A model generated the notes under the pieces. The model was given only the letters and a program-made list of their open reading frames with translations, had not been told where the DNA came from and did no database searches. A DNA stretch of 64,000 nucleotides from Lama guanicoe (Eukaryota), in assembly GCA_013239625.1 (NCBI GenBank), contig MU053319.1, positions 1 to 64,000 on the forward strand, given 5' to 3'. This document shows, in pieces, positions 50,241 through 63,186 of this stretch. Positions within the stretch are counted from its first letter, which is position 1, and each line of letters starts with the position of its first letter. The position numbers and the translations under genes were made by a program.

Positions 50241-50539
50241 AATGATTGTCAAGAACCTTCACCCAAACTGCACGAAGTTTGTGGTCGCAGGAAATTGCTG
50301 CAATGGGTCCTTCTTACTTGGTATCTTCATTTTCTAATGAGCATTTTAAATACATCCCCATCCTACAGATCAGAGCCACCATCAGTACACGTTCCACTTG
50401 TCATGTGCTTTGAGCATGACCCTTGTGGTCAAAGAATAACAGTCGATTCCTGTTGTTTCTTAGAAATACGTACCCTTCTTCACCCAAAGGCTACAGCATC
50501 CTGCGTTAGTGGATAATATTTATTTTACTAATACTACTA

Positions 50540-50760
50540 AAATTGCTATTGAATGTGCATTACCTGTAGATAATATTATGAACACTCAGTAAGAGTTATC
50601 CCTTTGAATAAACCATTTGCTTATAAACCCAATGACTGGAGAAGAAGCTGAGGTGAAATAACTTGCTAAACTCATAACTCTGGTTAGTAGCAGAGTCTGG
50701 ATTTTAGCCTGGAACATGGACAGATGTCTACTGCAGAGCCACGGTCTTGACCGCTATGGA
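50540..50760 (-). mobile_element. Diverged MIR
   Basis: GAAGAAGCTGAGG...AATAACTTGCTAAACTCATAACTCTGGTTAGTAGCAGAGTCTGGATTT. Confidence 0.55.
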
Positions 50761-52457
50761 ACACTCCTTAATTTGACACTGTAAGCAAAACACTCACGCA
50801 ACGGAAACCTTTAATGGGTTGCATTACTTTAATTGGTTCTCTGTATCCTTCCTTTGGGATTCTCATCCCACTAACTCTTTCTGCAGATGAATTATATGGC
50901 CTTTCCACCTTATGTTATTTCCCCCAAGTGGAGAAAAATTAACTATTAATAAAGATGATGTAATATATTTTTTTGCATAGTAAATTGGAAAGGGGAGGAA
51001 GAAATCTGTTATCTGAGAAGAAATCTATTCAAAAATATATTTCTGTGTTGACAAGTTTGAAACATAATAATAATCTAGTTTTGATTATTATAGTTGTCAT
51101 GGGCCAAACTCGCATACAGCCCATTCAGTGAAATGCTCCCCGTGGTATAATCTAAAGTCACTAAGAAGTCGTGTATTCAATGATAAATTTCTCCATTGTC
51201 TACAAAGCCATGATAGCCTTCCTTTTCCACTTAGAGCATTTTCTCTAAGAGCATGTGAGGACATCAAACCACATCATAAGCAGGCAGCCTCAAAGGTATA
51301 GACAGGATGAATCACTTTTAGTTACTCATTCATTTAATCATTTGTCCTTTCCACGAGGATATCTTGAGCGACGGATGTGATGACTATATTGGCAATGTGG
51401 AAGTGAAGACAAGCTAGCCAATTCTTTTTGTCTTCCTCGGGGCTGACTTTGAATTACCTTACTGACTTAGAAGAGGAGGACAGAGAAGGAGGTGACTCCA
51501 ATCCCTGGAGGGTTTCTTCCCTCATTTGATAAAGGGAGCCATCAAGAGAGATGGCCAATATCGGGGCTGTGGCAGGAAATCATTTCCTGGTGAGGACTCA
51601 CCTGGTGCAAAAACTCATTAGGGAGCGTGGGCAGAGGATGAGAAGAAAGTGTGGAAACTCCCTGAAAGGCAGGAAGATGCTGAGTAGATTGATAATTGTC
51701 CACTGATTTTCTGTTTGTTCAGTGAAGAATGTTCCCTTACCCCAGTTATCAAGCTAGAACAGACTTAAAACAATATAATACTTGTTATTAAAAAAACAAA
51801 GAAAAACATTTAGACAATGGGAGAATTAAGGTGAAAGAGATGTCTGTTGCCCACATTAATTCAATGACCAAAAAAAAAGTGAGTTAATGTAATTGGCCAA
51901 GGTATTTTGACAAGACTGTCAAAATGGCTTAATTAAAATGAACTGTTTTTTTATGTTTGTAACATGCAAAATGCCTTGTTGAGGTAAATCGAGTTACACT
52001 CCTCTCCTCTTCACTTGACAGGTAAGGAACACGAGTTTCTTACCATATTTTTTGTGGTTGAATAGTAACACTTAACTTTCCTAACAGTTGCTGGTCCATT
52101 TAACCTATTTCTTGTTTCAAGAAGGAGATACTTTTATCACTAGTCTCAATAACCCTTATTGGTTTATATTATACGTAACCTGGAAAAAATGGAGATTCAA
52201 AAACACAAAGAGATTGGCAAATTAACTTTTCAGCTAGAATTAGTCAGTGGGGCAATTTCTGACTATTGAAGAGTTTGTTTTCCAGCAAGTGTGAAAAGTG
52301 CCCTATGCCTTCCCTAAACCACCACGGGACATCTCAGTCCACTCTTGGGAAAAACAAGACTGCCCTAGAATGTAAAGAATTTTAACAGGCTTCCTAGTCA
52401 CCGTCATCCGTGTGAACATTATGAAAAATCCACTGAAATTCATTCACTTATTAAAAC

Positions 52458-52833
52458 TTTTTTTAACTTAAGTGTAGTCAGTTACAGTGTGTCAATTTCT
52501 GGTGTACAATGTCCCAGTCATGCATATATATATATCATATAGTCATGTTCATATTCTTTTTCATTAAAGGTTATTACAAGATATTGAATATGGTTCCATG
52601 CTAGACAGAAGAAATTTGTTTTTATCTATTTTTATATATAGTGGTTAACCTTTGCAAATCTCAAACTTCCAAATTTATCCCTTCCCACCCCTAATTCAAA
52701 AAGACACATGCACCCCAATGCTCACAGCAACACAATAACAATAGCCAAGACATGGAGGCAACCTAAATGTCCATCAACAGACGACTGAGTAAGGAAGTCG
52801 TGGTATATTTATACAATGGAATACTACTCAATG

Positions 52834-52867
<34 letters not shown>

Positions 52868-53020
52868 CCATTTGCAGCAATATGGATGGACCTGGAGGTC
52901 ATCATTCTAAGTGAAGTCAGCCAGAAAGAGGAAGAAAAATACCATATATCACTCATACGTGGAATCTAAAACAAAAAAAGAAAAGAAAAAAGAGGCCACT
53001 AATGAACTGATCTACAAAAC
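52458..53020 (-). mobile_element. Camelid-type L1 with 5' inversion (twin priming)
   Basis: 52458-52691 is an antisense 3' end. 52692-53020 is the adjacent upstream L1 segment in sense orientation and contains an (AAT)n run at ~52837-52866. Confidence 0.85.
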
Positions 53021-54369
53021 TACAAAAATGTAGCTACTTATACTGTTTATTACTAAATGAAGCATGTGTAATTAGCCATTCTCTGCATTATTACCTTAAA
53101 ACCATTCAGTGCATCCTGTTTCCTCGTGATTCTGCAACAGATCCTGGAGGTCTGGGGACCATAACCTATAATCTGGAAAACATGAATTCTGAATCTGTAC
53201 TACAAAGGATTTCTGTAAGGAAAAATTGAGACAATTACACAAAATATGTAAACATAGGGCACTGGTTCATCCATCCTTCCATCAGCAGACAATTTACACT
53301 AGTTTCCCACCTAGGATTGTATCATCTGAGATTGTTTTACTGTAGACGTCTGTCTGGGTACTTTGCACATCACTTTACCACCTGTCATTATTGGAAGATA
53401 TATTGACTTTTAAATTAATTTCATTTGGTCCAGACCCACAATTTTGTAGGAGCAATGCTCCTTATCAAATGAAATTGAATATTAAAGGGGCTCTTGTGTA
53501 CATTTTTAAGTGAGTTAATTGAATAGCGTATTGAACGTTTTTTTACGTATAATGCACAATCGATTTCTCACCCGTAAACCACATCTCAACACCGAAGCTC
53601 TTAGACAGCCCCGAATCTGGACTCTGCCTCAAGACATTAAGATCTGGCATCCTTTTATGCTTATATTATCGGAACCTTCATCATGATACACTGTAAACAG
53701 ACGAAAGATGATCTACCGGTTTTGTGAAAAATACAAACACAAGGGATAAATATATAAACAACAGAGCAGTCACCTTGGCTCTTCCCTTCAGTCTGGTTGG
53801 CAGGAACATCAAATCTTTACACATCTGGCTTTTAGATGTACCGAGTACATTTGTTTAAAATCTAAAGAACCAGTTTAGTCCTTCTGATAGGGAAAGCTAT
53901 GTGTCTGCTGTATTTTTCTGTCTGGGGAAATTTTGCAAGTCAGTTTTTTCACAACCATCCCAGAGTGAGCACAGTGGGCTGAGTGACCGAGCATCCCTAT
54001 TATAGTGACTCTGACTCTGAGGAAAGAGGGTGACTCCATACAATTCTGGGCCATTTTTTTCTAATACGTTGAGGCTGCCAACTCAGCATGGAGCTTGGTT
54101 GTGCAGTAAAGGGCGCCATGTGTTTAAAACTGTATTTTTACCATCTCCAGTTTTTAAGATCTTTGTCTTTGGGAGCATTTCATACGTAGGCACTGAGCAG
54201 TTTTTTGGGTTTGTTTTTTTTTTCCTTGTCTGCAACGGTTAGATAAAGAGGATTTTAACTTTTTTTTTTAGATCTTATAGCTGCTTCGATGGCATTGCTC
54301 TGCATTTTAGGGAGATGCTTGGAAAAATAAAGCACTATAATTTTTAAAGATCCACTAACAATCACTTAC

Positions 54370-54668
54370 CTTCTATAAATGTGCTGTAATAGTTCACGGA
54401 AACTGAAACGTTTCAAAATGACTTCTGAGCATTTCTTGGAAGGATTCAGAGTAACTTTCATGTTTGAATGAAACCTACTTTCTGAGACGCTGTCTACAGA
54501 TTCTGGATGTAATTTTCTAAGGTGGAATACTTTGTCCCATTTTTTCGTCTCCATTCTTCCAGCAGTAATTTCGTCTGTGATGGGTGACATACGTCTGAGG
54601 ACCCACACAATAGGAGATGATGACAATGGGAAGCTACCCTCACGGCACAATGTATTGCTCTGCGTCTC
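54370..54668 (-). other. Candidate spliced exon of an unidentified transcript, possibly a first coding exon
   Basis: Acceptor-like TCTTTTATTCTTGGAGTTTAG|GAG and perfect donor AAG|GTAAGT. The ORF MSPITDEITAGRMETKKWDKVFHL...FSFRELLQHIYR stays open up to the donor. Non-repeat sequence; protein not recognised. Confidence 0.35.
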
Positions 54669-55365
54669 CTAAACTCCAAGAATAAAAGACCTTTTTTTCC
54701 AGCACTGTATAATTTTCACACATCTTCCTCTTCACTAAATGCCTCATTAGCTTTATCTTAAGTGGGTTTTGTTTACCTAGAAATTTGTATGCGTTGTGAA
54801 ATAAGACGATTTTTCAAAGTGACAGAAACGAGGCATTCACATTGTGCTACTTAGAAATCTGTTGCTAAGGATGTTCTGTTTAAAAATCAGAGCACAAATT
54901 GGGTGCTTCCTCTCAGTGCTGTTGGGTTAAAATCTTCCTCAGACCTCTCTCCGTGTGACATCCCATTAGCTCACCCTGGTTTGGATTAGAGCCAAGCTCC
55001 CGTCTCCAACCCCATGATTGATTCTCTGCTTCCCGGTGCACAGCGTGTGCCCCTGACCGGCTTCAAGTGTTTGTTCGACCTTCTGTGTCTGTTCCGCGAC
55101 AGCCCTCACTTTGGGAGTGTGCACCGTCTAATTTGTATGCTAGGTGTTAACCAGACGTACAATAGGAAGGCGAGAGGATGGCTCCAATCTTACCTAAAGC
55201 TTGTAGGCCTGTGGTGACCGTTTTTCTAAACCCAAAATTGAGACAAATTGGTTGACAAATACGAATAAACTTGTGGGCACAGAGGGAGATAATATTTTAA
55301 GATAGAACAATCCAGGAAAAAAAACCACAACACTGAGTTCAGACACGAACAAACCCAAATGCAGA

Positions 55366-55383
55366 CACACACACACACACACA
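55366..55383. repeat. (CA)n microsatellite
   Basis: About 9 CA units. Confidence 0.9.
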
Positions 55384-55588
55384 TCCTTGGTTCCAAACAC
55401 AGCCATCCCATCCCCCTCAGCAGAAATTACCGCTGATCGATGGTAATTTTACAAGTTTACTCTGCATAGAGGTATCTATACACTGCGTGCAACTTCCTTT
55501 TCAACCAGTTTAATTTACTCACATTTTTGAACGCATCTCAAAGACACAGTTAAATATTAGATACTTTCCTACGAATTCCATGAGCCCC

Positions 55589-55680
55589 AATATTTTAATC
55601 TTATGTTTATATATAGCATCTTACAAATTTTATAAATATTTTAATTTTATGCTTATATATAGCAACTTATGAATCTTATA
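55589..55680 (+). repeat. Tandem duplication, 2 x 46 bp
   Basis: AATATTTTAATCTTATGTTTATATATAGCA... starts at 55589 and 55635, with about 6 mismatches. Confidence 0.85.
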
Positions 55681-56554
55681 GTCAATAAAAATCTGAAGCC
55701 CTTCATTATTAGGATTTCACACTTATTTTCTGATTTCCAAACACTCAGACTTTGTGTAGATTCCATAGTATTGCATTTTGTTCAGTAAGAAAGTAGAAAA
55801 AATACTCTTTTGCACAGGTGATGTATAATCTCACAACACATTAAGTATTAAAAGAATAATTGCTGGCATCACCCTGACATATTTTCTGTAAGAACACACA
55901 CATACACCCCACACATATACACATGTATATATATATTCTATTTAAAATTGTAGATCAATTTTTGAGTTTTTATACTGCTTTTAAGTAACAAATATTTCCA
56001 AGTAGCTTAAAAAGCAGTTGCCACAATCAAGACAAGGATTTCACAGTGCATTTGCCAATAAAAGCATTTCAAATAATTTACGTTCAGTTGTGCAGGGTTT
56101 TTAAGGGTCCACACAGACAGCTGCGAGTCATCTTGGAGAATCTATAACAAAGGTAACTCTTATGAGACTTATTCCCTCCCATATGGAAAAAATATTACAG
56201 CCTTGACATTGATGCACACAATATATTTCTAAGATGACATTTACACAATACTGTTCTTGCCAGTAAAAAGTAACACTCCAAAGAAGAAAGTGTTTCTATA
56301 TTATGGTACAATATGCCACAAGAGGTCTAATGTTCCAATTTCTACACTTTTTTCTACTCATTCTCTGAACAAGTCAGTATTATCCTGATGGAAATATTTT
56401 TTAAATAATCCAGTATGTGTAGCACTAAAATATTCATTTAATCTAAGGAAATTTACAAGGTAATCAAACGTGATTTGTGTGAAAAATGCAGTGCAATGTT
56501 TATTACGTTTATGTTTCATTTCACCTTTACGTCTCTGAGCTGTTTGCAACTATG

Positions 56555-56960
56555 TGCTCAGTGCTGTGACTCTGACCTCCCAGAAGCACTCTTGGCACCT
56601 TCCGCCCTCGCCAGCCCCCGACGCTGAACTAGATGGGTGGCATCTCCAGGCTCTTTGGCTGTCTGGCTTCTGAGGTGTGTTTGGACAATGGGTGACATGG
56701 GGAGGAGTTCAGAGGCAGGAGAATGTGGTGGGAAGTGGATCCCAGCTCCCTGCCTACTGGGAGGTGCACCTTTATAGAAGGTTGCTGGGTAGTTCTCTAC
56801 TGGAACCGGAACCTCTCCAGTCCCCATAACTGCTGTCTTCCTGGGTCCTGCCCCCAAGGGTAGATGCAGCTCCCTGCTGTGCAAGCTTTGAGAACACCCA
56901 TCCCTTACCAGTGTCCCATAGCCTGTCTATGGCTCTGTAAAGGGTCCCTTCATTCAATCT
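56555..56960. mobile_element. Old ERVL-type LTR (LTR33-like)
   Basis: GGCTCTTTGGCTGTCTGGCTTCTG...GTTTGGACAATGGG...GGAGGAGTTCAGAGG motif. Confidence 0.5.
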
Positions 56961-56965
56961 GTCTG

Positions 56966-57748
56966 TTTTTTTAATTAAGTATGGTCAGTTACAATATGTC
57001 AATTGCTGGTGTACAGCATAAGAGTTCAGTCATACATATCAATACATATATTCTTTTTCATATCAGTTACTACAAGATGTCAGATATAGTTCCCTGTGCT
57101 ATACAGTAAAAACATGTTGTTTATCTAGTTCATATATAATAGTTAGTATCTGCAAATCTCGACCTCCCAATTTATCCCTTTCTACCCCCTTTCCCCTGGT
57201 AACCATAAGTTTATTTTCTATGTCTTTGAGTCTGTTTCTGTTTTATAAATAAGTTCATTTATCTTTTTTTTAGATTCCACATATGACTGATAGCATATGG
57301 TATTTTTCTTTCTCTTTCTGGCTTACTTCACTTAGAATGACAATCTCCAGGTCCATCCACGTTGCTGCAAATGGCATTATTTTATCATCTTTTATGGCTG
57401 AGTAGTATTCCATTGTATAAATATATTACAACTTCTTTACCTAGTTACCTGTCAATGGACGTTTAGGCTGTTTCCATGCCTTGGCTATTGTATATAGTGC
57501 TGCTATGAACATTGGGGTGTTCATATTAAAATTAGAGTTCCCTCCAGATATATGGCCAGGTGTGGGATTGCTGGATCATAGGGTAAGTCTGTTTTTAGTC
57601 TTTTGAGGAATCTCCATACTGTCTTCCATAGTGGCTGCACCAAACTACATTCCCACCAGCAGTGTAGGAGGGTTCTCTTTTCTCCACAGCCTCTCCAGCA
57701 TTTATTGTATGTGGACTTTTTAATGATGACCATTCTGACTGGTGAGGA
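56966..57748 (-). mobile_element. Camelid-type L1 3' end (ORF2 C-terminus and 3'UTR)
   Basis: Minus-strand translation [47 protein letters not shown] run at the left end. Confidence 0.9.
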
Positions 57749-57751
57749 GTG

Positions 57752-58227
57752 AGATATTTATACAACGGAATACTACTCAGCCATAAAAAATAATAAAATA
57801 ATGCCATTTGTGGCAACATGGATGGACCTGCAGATCATCATTCTAAGTGAAGTCAGCCAGAAAGAGAAAGAAAAATACCATATGATATCACTTATATGTG
57901 GAATCTGAAAAAAGGGGAGGAAAAGGACACTAATGAACTCATCAAAACAGAAACTGACTCATAGACAAAGTCAACAATGTTATGATTACTGGGGAAAAAG
58001 GGGTGAGTAGGGATAAATTTTGGTGTTTGAGATGTGCAAATGTTAACCACTATATATTAAAATAGATAAAAATCAGATTTCTTCTGTACAGCACAGGGAA
58101 CTCTATTCAATATCTTGTAATAACCTTTAATGAAAAAGAATATATGCATGTATATGCATGACTGGGATGTTGTTCTGTACACCATAAATTGACACATTGT
58201 AACTGACTGTACTTCAATAAAAAAAAC
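57752..58227 (+). mobile_element. Camelid-type L1 3' end
   Basis: ATATTTATACAACGGAATACTACTCAGCC through ACATTGTAACTGACTGTACTTCAATAAAAAAAA. Confidence 0.9.
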
Positions 58228-58999
58228 TGCATTCACTTTCCAACCACAGAGTTCTTTAGTGTCTTTCATCCTCACGTGTCCACTTTAAAATGCACCAAAC
58301 TCCAGAGATTCAGAAAAAAAGAATCTTTGTTTCCTTTACGCAAAGTTTCAAATTATATCTTCTCTTCAAACAGAGCCAAAGCTTTCCATAAATGATTCTA
58401 AGTGAGACCAATCTCAGGGTCAGCAAATCAGTATAGTTTAAATCTTCTGGGACACAAATGGAGAAAAGATGTAGTCTTCACGGACGTTAACAGGAATATT
58501 TTTAGGGTTTTTTTTAAATGTGGCTAGAGTGCATCTATGAAAATACTCTAAATTTATTTTTCTTAGTCCTGTCTGTTGAATTTGGCTTCCTACAAGTTTG
58601 ATCATCCTTTTCCCTACTTTCTCTTCTCCAAGTTAACTATTTACTGTTTCATTATAATAGTAATCAAATCCGTTTAAGGCACTGAGTTTTCCTCCAAATC
58701 ATTCAAAAACTCTTCTTAAATCATCCAAAAACCTGATGATCATTCCCTTTATTCCTCTGGGCCACATTCAAGAGACATATTTTCCTAAGAGCAAATTATT
58801 ATTTGATTCTTTGAAAGTTGGGCTTACTCTATGACTTACTGCTTGGTAAGTTCCTGCTGCAAATATTTAAATTAAATCATCATGGACTGTGGACCCAGCA
58901 ATAAAATATACTGTTTAATAATAATCTCCCATTTTAAAACCTGTTATAAAATACACTTATTCCATTTATTTTTGTAACGTTGAGAGGCAGACAAAATGA

Positions 59000-59140
59000 T
59001 TGTCCCTGTCTTACAACCATACAAAAATTGAAAGGTTACGAGTGTATTAACCCAAGGCCATCTGATTGCTGAGCAGTAGACAGGGAATCTAAGACTCAGG
59101 GCTTCCTTCTCAGAGTCTTCTGGTCTCTGTCTGGTACCAA
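59000..59140 (-). mobile_element. Diverged MIR
   Basis: TGTCCCTGTCTTACA...AAAAATTGA...CCCAAGGCCATCTGA...AGCAGTAGACAGGGAAT. Confidence 0.5.
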
Positions 59141-59944
59141 CCGGAGGCTGGTCTGCATCACCTCAAGGTGGTAACTGGGAACAGAATGATCCGGTCTGTT
59201 TAATGCCTGGTGATAACTTTAGTGAACATAAAAAGACGTGAAGTAAATAGTACATGGTAGACACAGATGAACTCTAGTGAGGGACATTCAGACATCTGAC
59301 CCCAAAGTAGAGTTAATCTGAATTGTTGGCAGCTTTTATTGTATTTTAGAAATAGTCAGCTACTGAATTTGAACTCCATCTTGCCCCTAATACAATATTT
59401 TATTGATGGAGAAACACAGAGCGAAATGTTCATCTAAAGCAATGGGATAAGTGGTCCTAGAATCAGACACAGGACCCTGGGGTGCTAACTACAAGAGCTC
59501 GCAAGGCGGCCCACAGCTAAGTGGTTGACTAAAACGAAATGTAGTAGCAGACCTAGAATAAATCCAGTTTATCCTGATTGTCTGAGTCTGTTTAGAGTGT
59601 CAACTCGGTGATTATCTCAGATTAAAAACAGTATTGCACTGTAAAGAGAACACAGGTTGGAATGCACACAGACAGGGTCCAAAACCCTGCTCAGTCCCTT
59701 TTCATCTGAGGACCTGGAGCAACTTAATGTCACCAAGACTCAGATTTCTTAACGTTGGCGCAGATACAATAACTTTGTATGCAGGCCAGATACCTAACGT
59801 ACATAAGCTCGGTCCTATTTATCACCTGGGACTATTTCATGTTAGTTTCTTTCACGTAGAAAGACCGTTGCGAAGACAAAACCTCCATCCTGGCTTTGCT
59901 GTGAAAGGGCCATTTAGCCTTAAATGAGCCACTGCCTCTCTCTG

Positions 59945-60800
59945 GGTGTCATCATTAAAATGAAGTGGCAAACCAACACCACAGGGAATCCCACCTCACA
60001 CCTGGCAAAAGTGTTCTCCTTGAAAGACAGCAAACAGCAAGTCTTGGTAAGGTTGAGGAGAAAAAGGAATCCTCCTGCACTGTTGGTGGGAATGCAAATT
60101 GGGGCAGCCACTATGGAGGGCAGTATGCAGGTTTCTCAAAACATTAAACACAGAACTACCATATGATCCAACAATTTCACTTCTGGATATTTACCTGAAG
60201 GAAACAAAAACACTAACTTGAAAAGATACATACACCCCAATGTTCATAGCAGCATTATTCATGATAGCCAAGATAAGGAAGCAAACTAAATGTCCATCAA
60301 CAGATGAATGGATAAAGAAGACTTGGTGTATGTATGATAGAATGTTATTTCACCATCAAAAAAGAAATGTTTCCATTTGCGACAACATGGCTGGATCTAG
60401 ACGGTGTTACGCTAAGTGAAATAAGTCAGAGAGGGAACAGCAAATATCATATGGTCCCACTTGTATGTGGAATAAAAAACAAAACAAAAAAACAGAAAAT
60501 AGACTTGGGATACAGAGAACAAACTGGTGGTTACCAGAGGAAAGGGGGTTGAGATGGGGGTAAAATTAGTGAAGGAGACCAGACCTCTAGTTACAAAATA
60601 AATAAGCCACAATGACATAACATACAGGATAAGGAATATACTCCATATCATGGTAATAACTCTGTGTGGGGACAGATGGTTACTGAACGTATCATTTCAC
60701 AATGTTTGCAAATGTCAAACCACTATGTAATACACCTGAAACTCATATAATATTGTGTGGCAACTATATTTCAATTAAAAAGAGAGAAAAAATGAAATAA
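59945..60800 (+). mobile_element. L1 3' end (L1MA-like), frameshifted ORF2 end and 3'UTR
   Basis: CACTGTTGGTGGGAATGCAAATTGG...CAGAACTACCATATGATCCA; translation FPFATTWLDLDGVTLSEISQ; ends CAACTATATTTCAATTAAAAA. Confidence 0.9.
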
Positions 60801-61944
60801 AATTATCTTTTAAGACTTTAAATTTAAACAGAAAAATCAAAACAAAACGAAGTGGCCTCTTTTTCCAACTAGGCAACTACTCTTCTTTAATGATTTGCTT
60901 CTAAGTTGCTAGAATTTAGTTCCATAATCTTTTAGTCTCTTCACACAAAGATTTTCAAATACTTGTTCTCAGTGTATCCATAAATAAATGCTCCATAAAA
61001 TTAGCTATATTCCTAGCTACTAGCTCTCTACGGACTTTTACATCTAAATAGCATAATCTCTTATATCAGCTCAGCTGGGAACTAACCAGACTATTTACAG
61101 CCTAAACTATATGGGAAGATCATTTGGTGTGAGAATAATTTACAGAAGAGTAAAATCCTTTGTGTTCATCAGGGTAGGTGCTGCCTGTCTGTTCTTAACA
61201 GATTCTGCCACATGGTTTAATTGACTGTAGCTCAAAACACCCAAATGGGGAGACTTTAACAAAAGATACAGCTGCTGTATCATCTAGTAAGTGCAAAGTC
61301 AATAGCAATTTAAGGGAAATAGCTGGTAATTGGAATAAATTATAACTGGGATTATTTTTTGCAAACTTTGCCCAAGTTATCATTCAGGGGTGTAATATAC
61401 CCATATTTTTAAGACTTTTATTTTAAAGTTGGAATAAACTCCAAGCACAGGAAATGCTTGTTTGCTAAGAACAGAAATAAGTCATGTTTTGTCCACCGCA
61501 AGCACACCGGGCTATGTGATCCACAAATCTCACATTCAGGCAAGGTCAAAGCACGCATTCCCACATCACCTTCAGAAACTTTGTAGCAGGGCTGGGTGTA
61601 AATTCACCTTTAGGTTATGAGCAGGTAATTTGTCATTCCTCTTAGAAAACAGAAAATGGTTTTTGGAGGTTGGTTCTGTGCTGTGATAAATTTTTAACCT
61701 TTACTGGGACCTCACCAAGCACAGAGCCGTGTGTGAGGAAGTAAACGTCCCCATAGTTTGCGTCACACAGCTGTCATTGTTGGGCACCAGATGATTATCC
61801 CCACAGCTGTTTCCACATTTTAAGAAGGAAGCATGGAAACTGAAGACAGTTTGTAATGAAAGAAAGAACAGAAGAAAAGAAGTGGGGAGGGCAAGAAGGA
61901 GTTATAAAACAGAGCCTAAAATGACAGATCAAGAGGTTAGAATC

Positions 61945-62321
61945 ATCTGGGTGTACTGTGCCCCCCAAACTCATGTATTGACATTCTAACCCTAGTACCT
62001 TAAGAATGTAACTTTATTTGGAGAAACCGTCTTTAAAAAGTAACCAAATTAAAATGAGGTCATTAGGGTGGGCCCAAATCCAAGTAATAAGTCTTTATAA
62101 AAAGATTAGGACAGAAACACAGGGAGGGACACCATACGAAGACACACGGAGAATTCGACATCGACAAGCCAACGAGGGAGCCTTCAGAAGAAACCAACCC
62201 TGCTAACACTTTGACCTCAGACCTTTAGCCTCCAGAACTGTGAGAAAATACACTTTTTGTTGTTTAAGCCACACACCCAGTCTCTGATACATTTTTGTGG
62301 CAGCTGGACCAAACTAAAACA
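61945..62321 (+). mobile_element. MaLR MLT1A/B-type LTR
   Basis: TTAAAATGAGGTCATTAGGGTGGGCCC...AGAAACCAACCCTGCTAACAC...AGCCTCCAGAACTGTGAGAAAATA. Confidence 0.9.
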
Positions 62322-63186
62322 CCGAGCAATGGAAGGGATACTGTGTGTCAACTTAATACTTGTGTTTGACTATCAGAAGTTTCACTTAATGGGTAACTTT
62401 CATCAGCTGTCTTAGATGTACATAATTAGATGACATGAAAGGGGCAAAGAATTGGACTTTCTAGTCATTTTGTTAAGTTGACTACATTGTAATAAATTAG
62501 GCTGAAATATTCATCCTAACTTTTCGTTAATGAAAGTGTTGATATCAACTCATAGACAAAAAAAATTACTGCCATTCAAAGATCAATCAAGTGATATCAC
62601 CGAATAGATACATGGACAATGTTTTCAGTCCTGATTGTGAAAATCACCTTTGAAGACACAACAGCCTGACTTGAGTGAGGGCTTTATCTTAAGTCTCAGT
62701 ATGGATAATGGGATCTTCTCAGGCCCTACTCAAATGTCACCTAAAAAACCTGAAGGTCTTCTACACTTGCCCTTTTCTTAAATATGTAATGGAAAATAAC
62801 AGAACCAGTAAAGTGAGGGGAAATTCACACAACAGTGAATCAAGCCTCTTAGGAGACTGAATTCTTAATGTAAATATCAAGATTTAAGTGAAAAAGGCTT
62901 TAAATTCAAGAGGATTTATTGGCTTATTTAACCAAAAAGTCTAAGGAAGGAGTTTAAGTGTGCTTTGATCCTGAGGGTCCCTAGATTGCCAGATTTTTGT
63001 CTTTAGTTTACAATAATTCTCTCAGCACGGTTATCCTTCGTATGCCAAATACATCCTCTAGTGTCTTTCTACATCGTAATAAAATAGGTGCCTCTGTTAC
63101 AAGCTTTATGTTCAGAGAATATATTCTCATAACATTCAGACAACTGGTCCAAGTGTGGCCATCAACCAGCATCACGAGGAGATGGT

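Noticed and set aside
54494..54679. Alternative-frame peptide LLLEEWRRKNGTKYSTLENY resembling a death-domain helix
   Set aside because: The match is short, a stop codon follows immediately, and the rest of the domain is absent.
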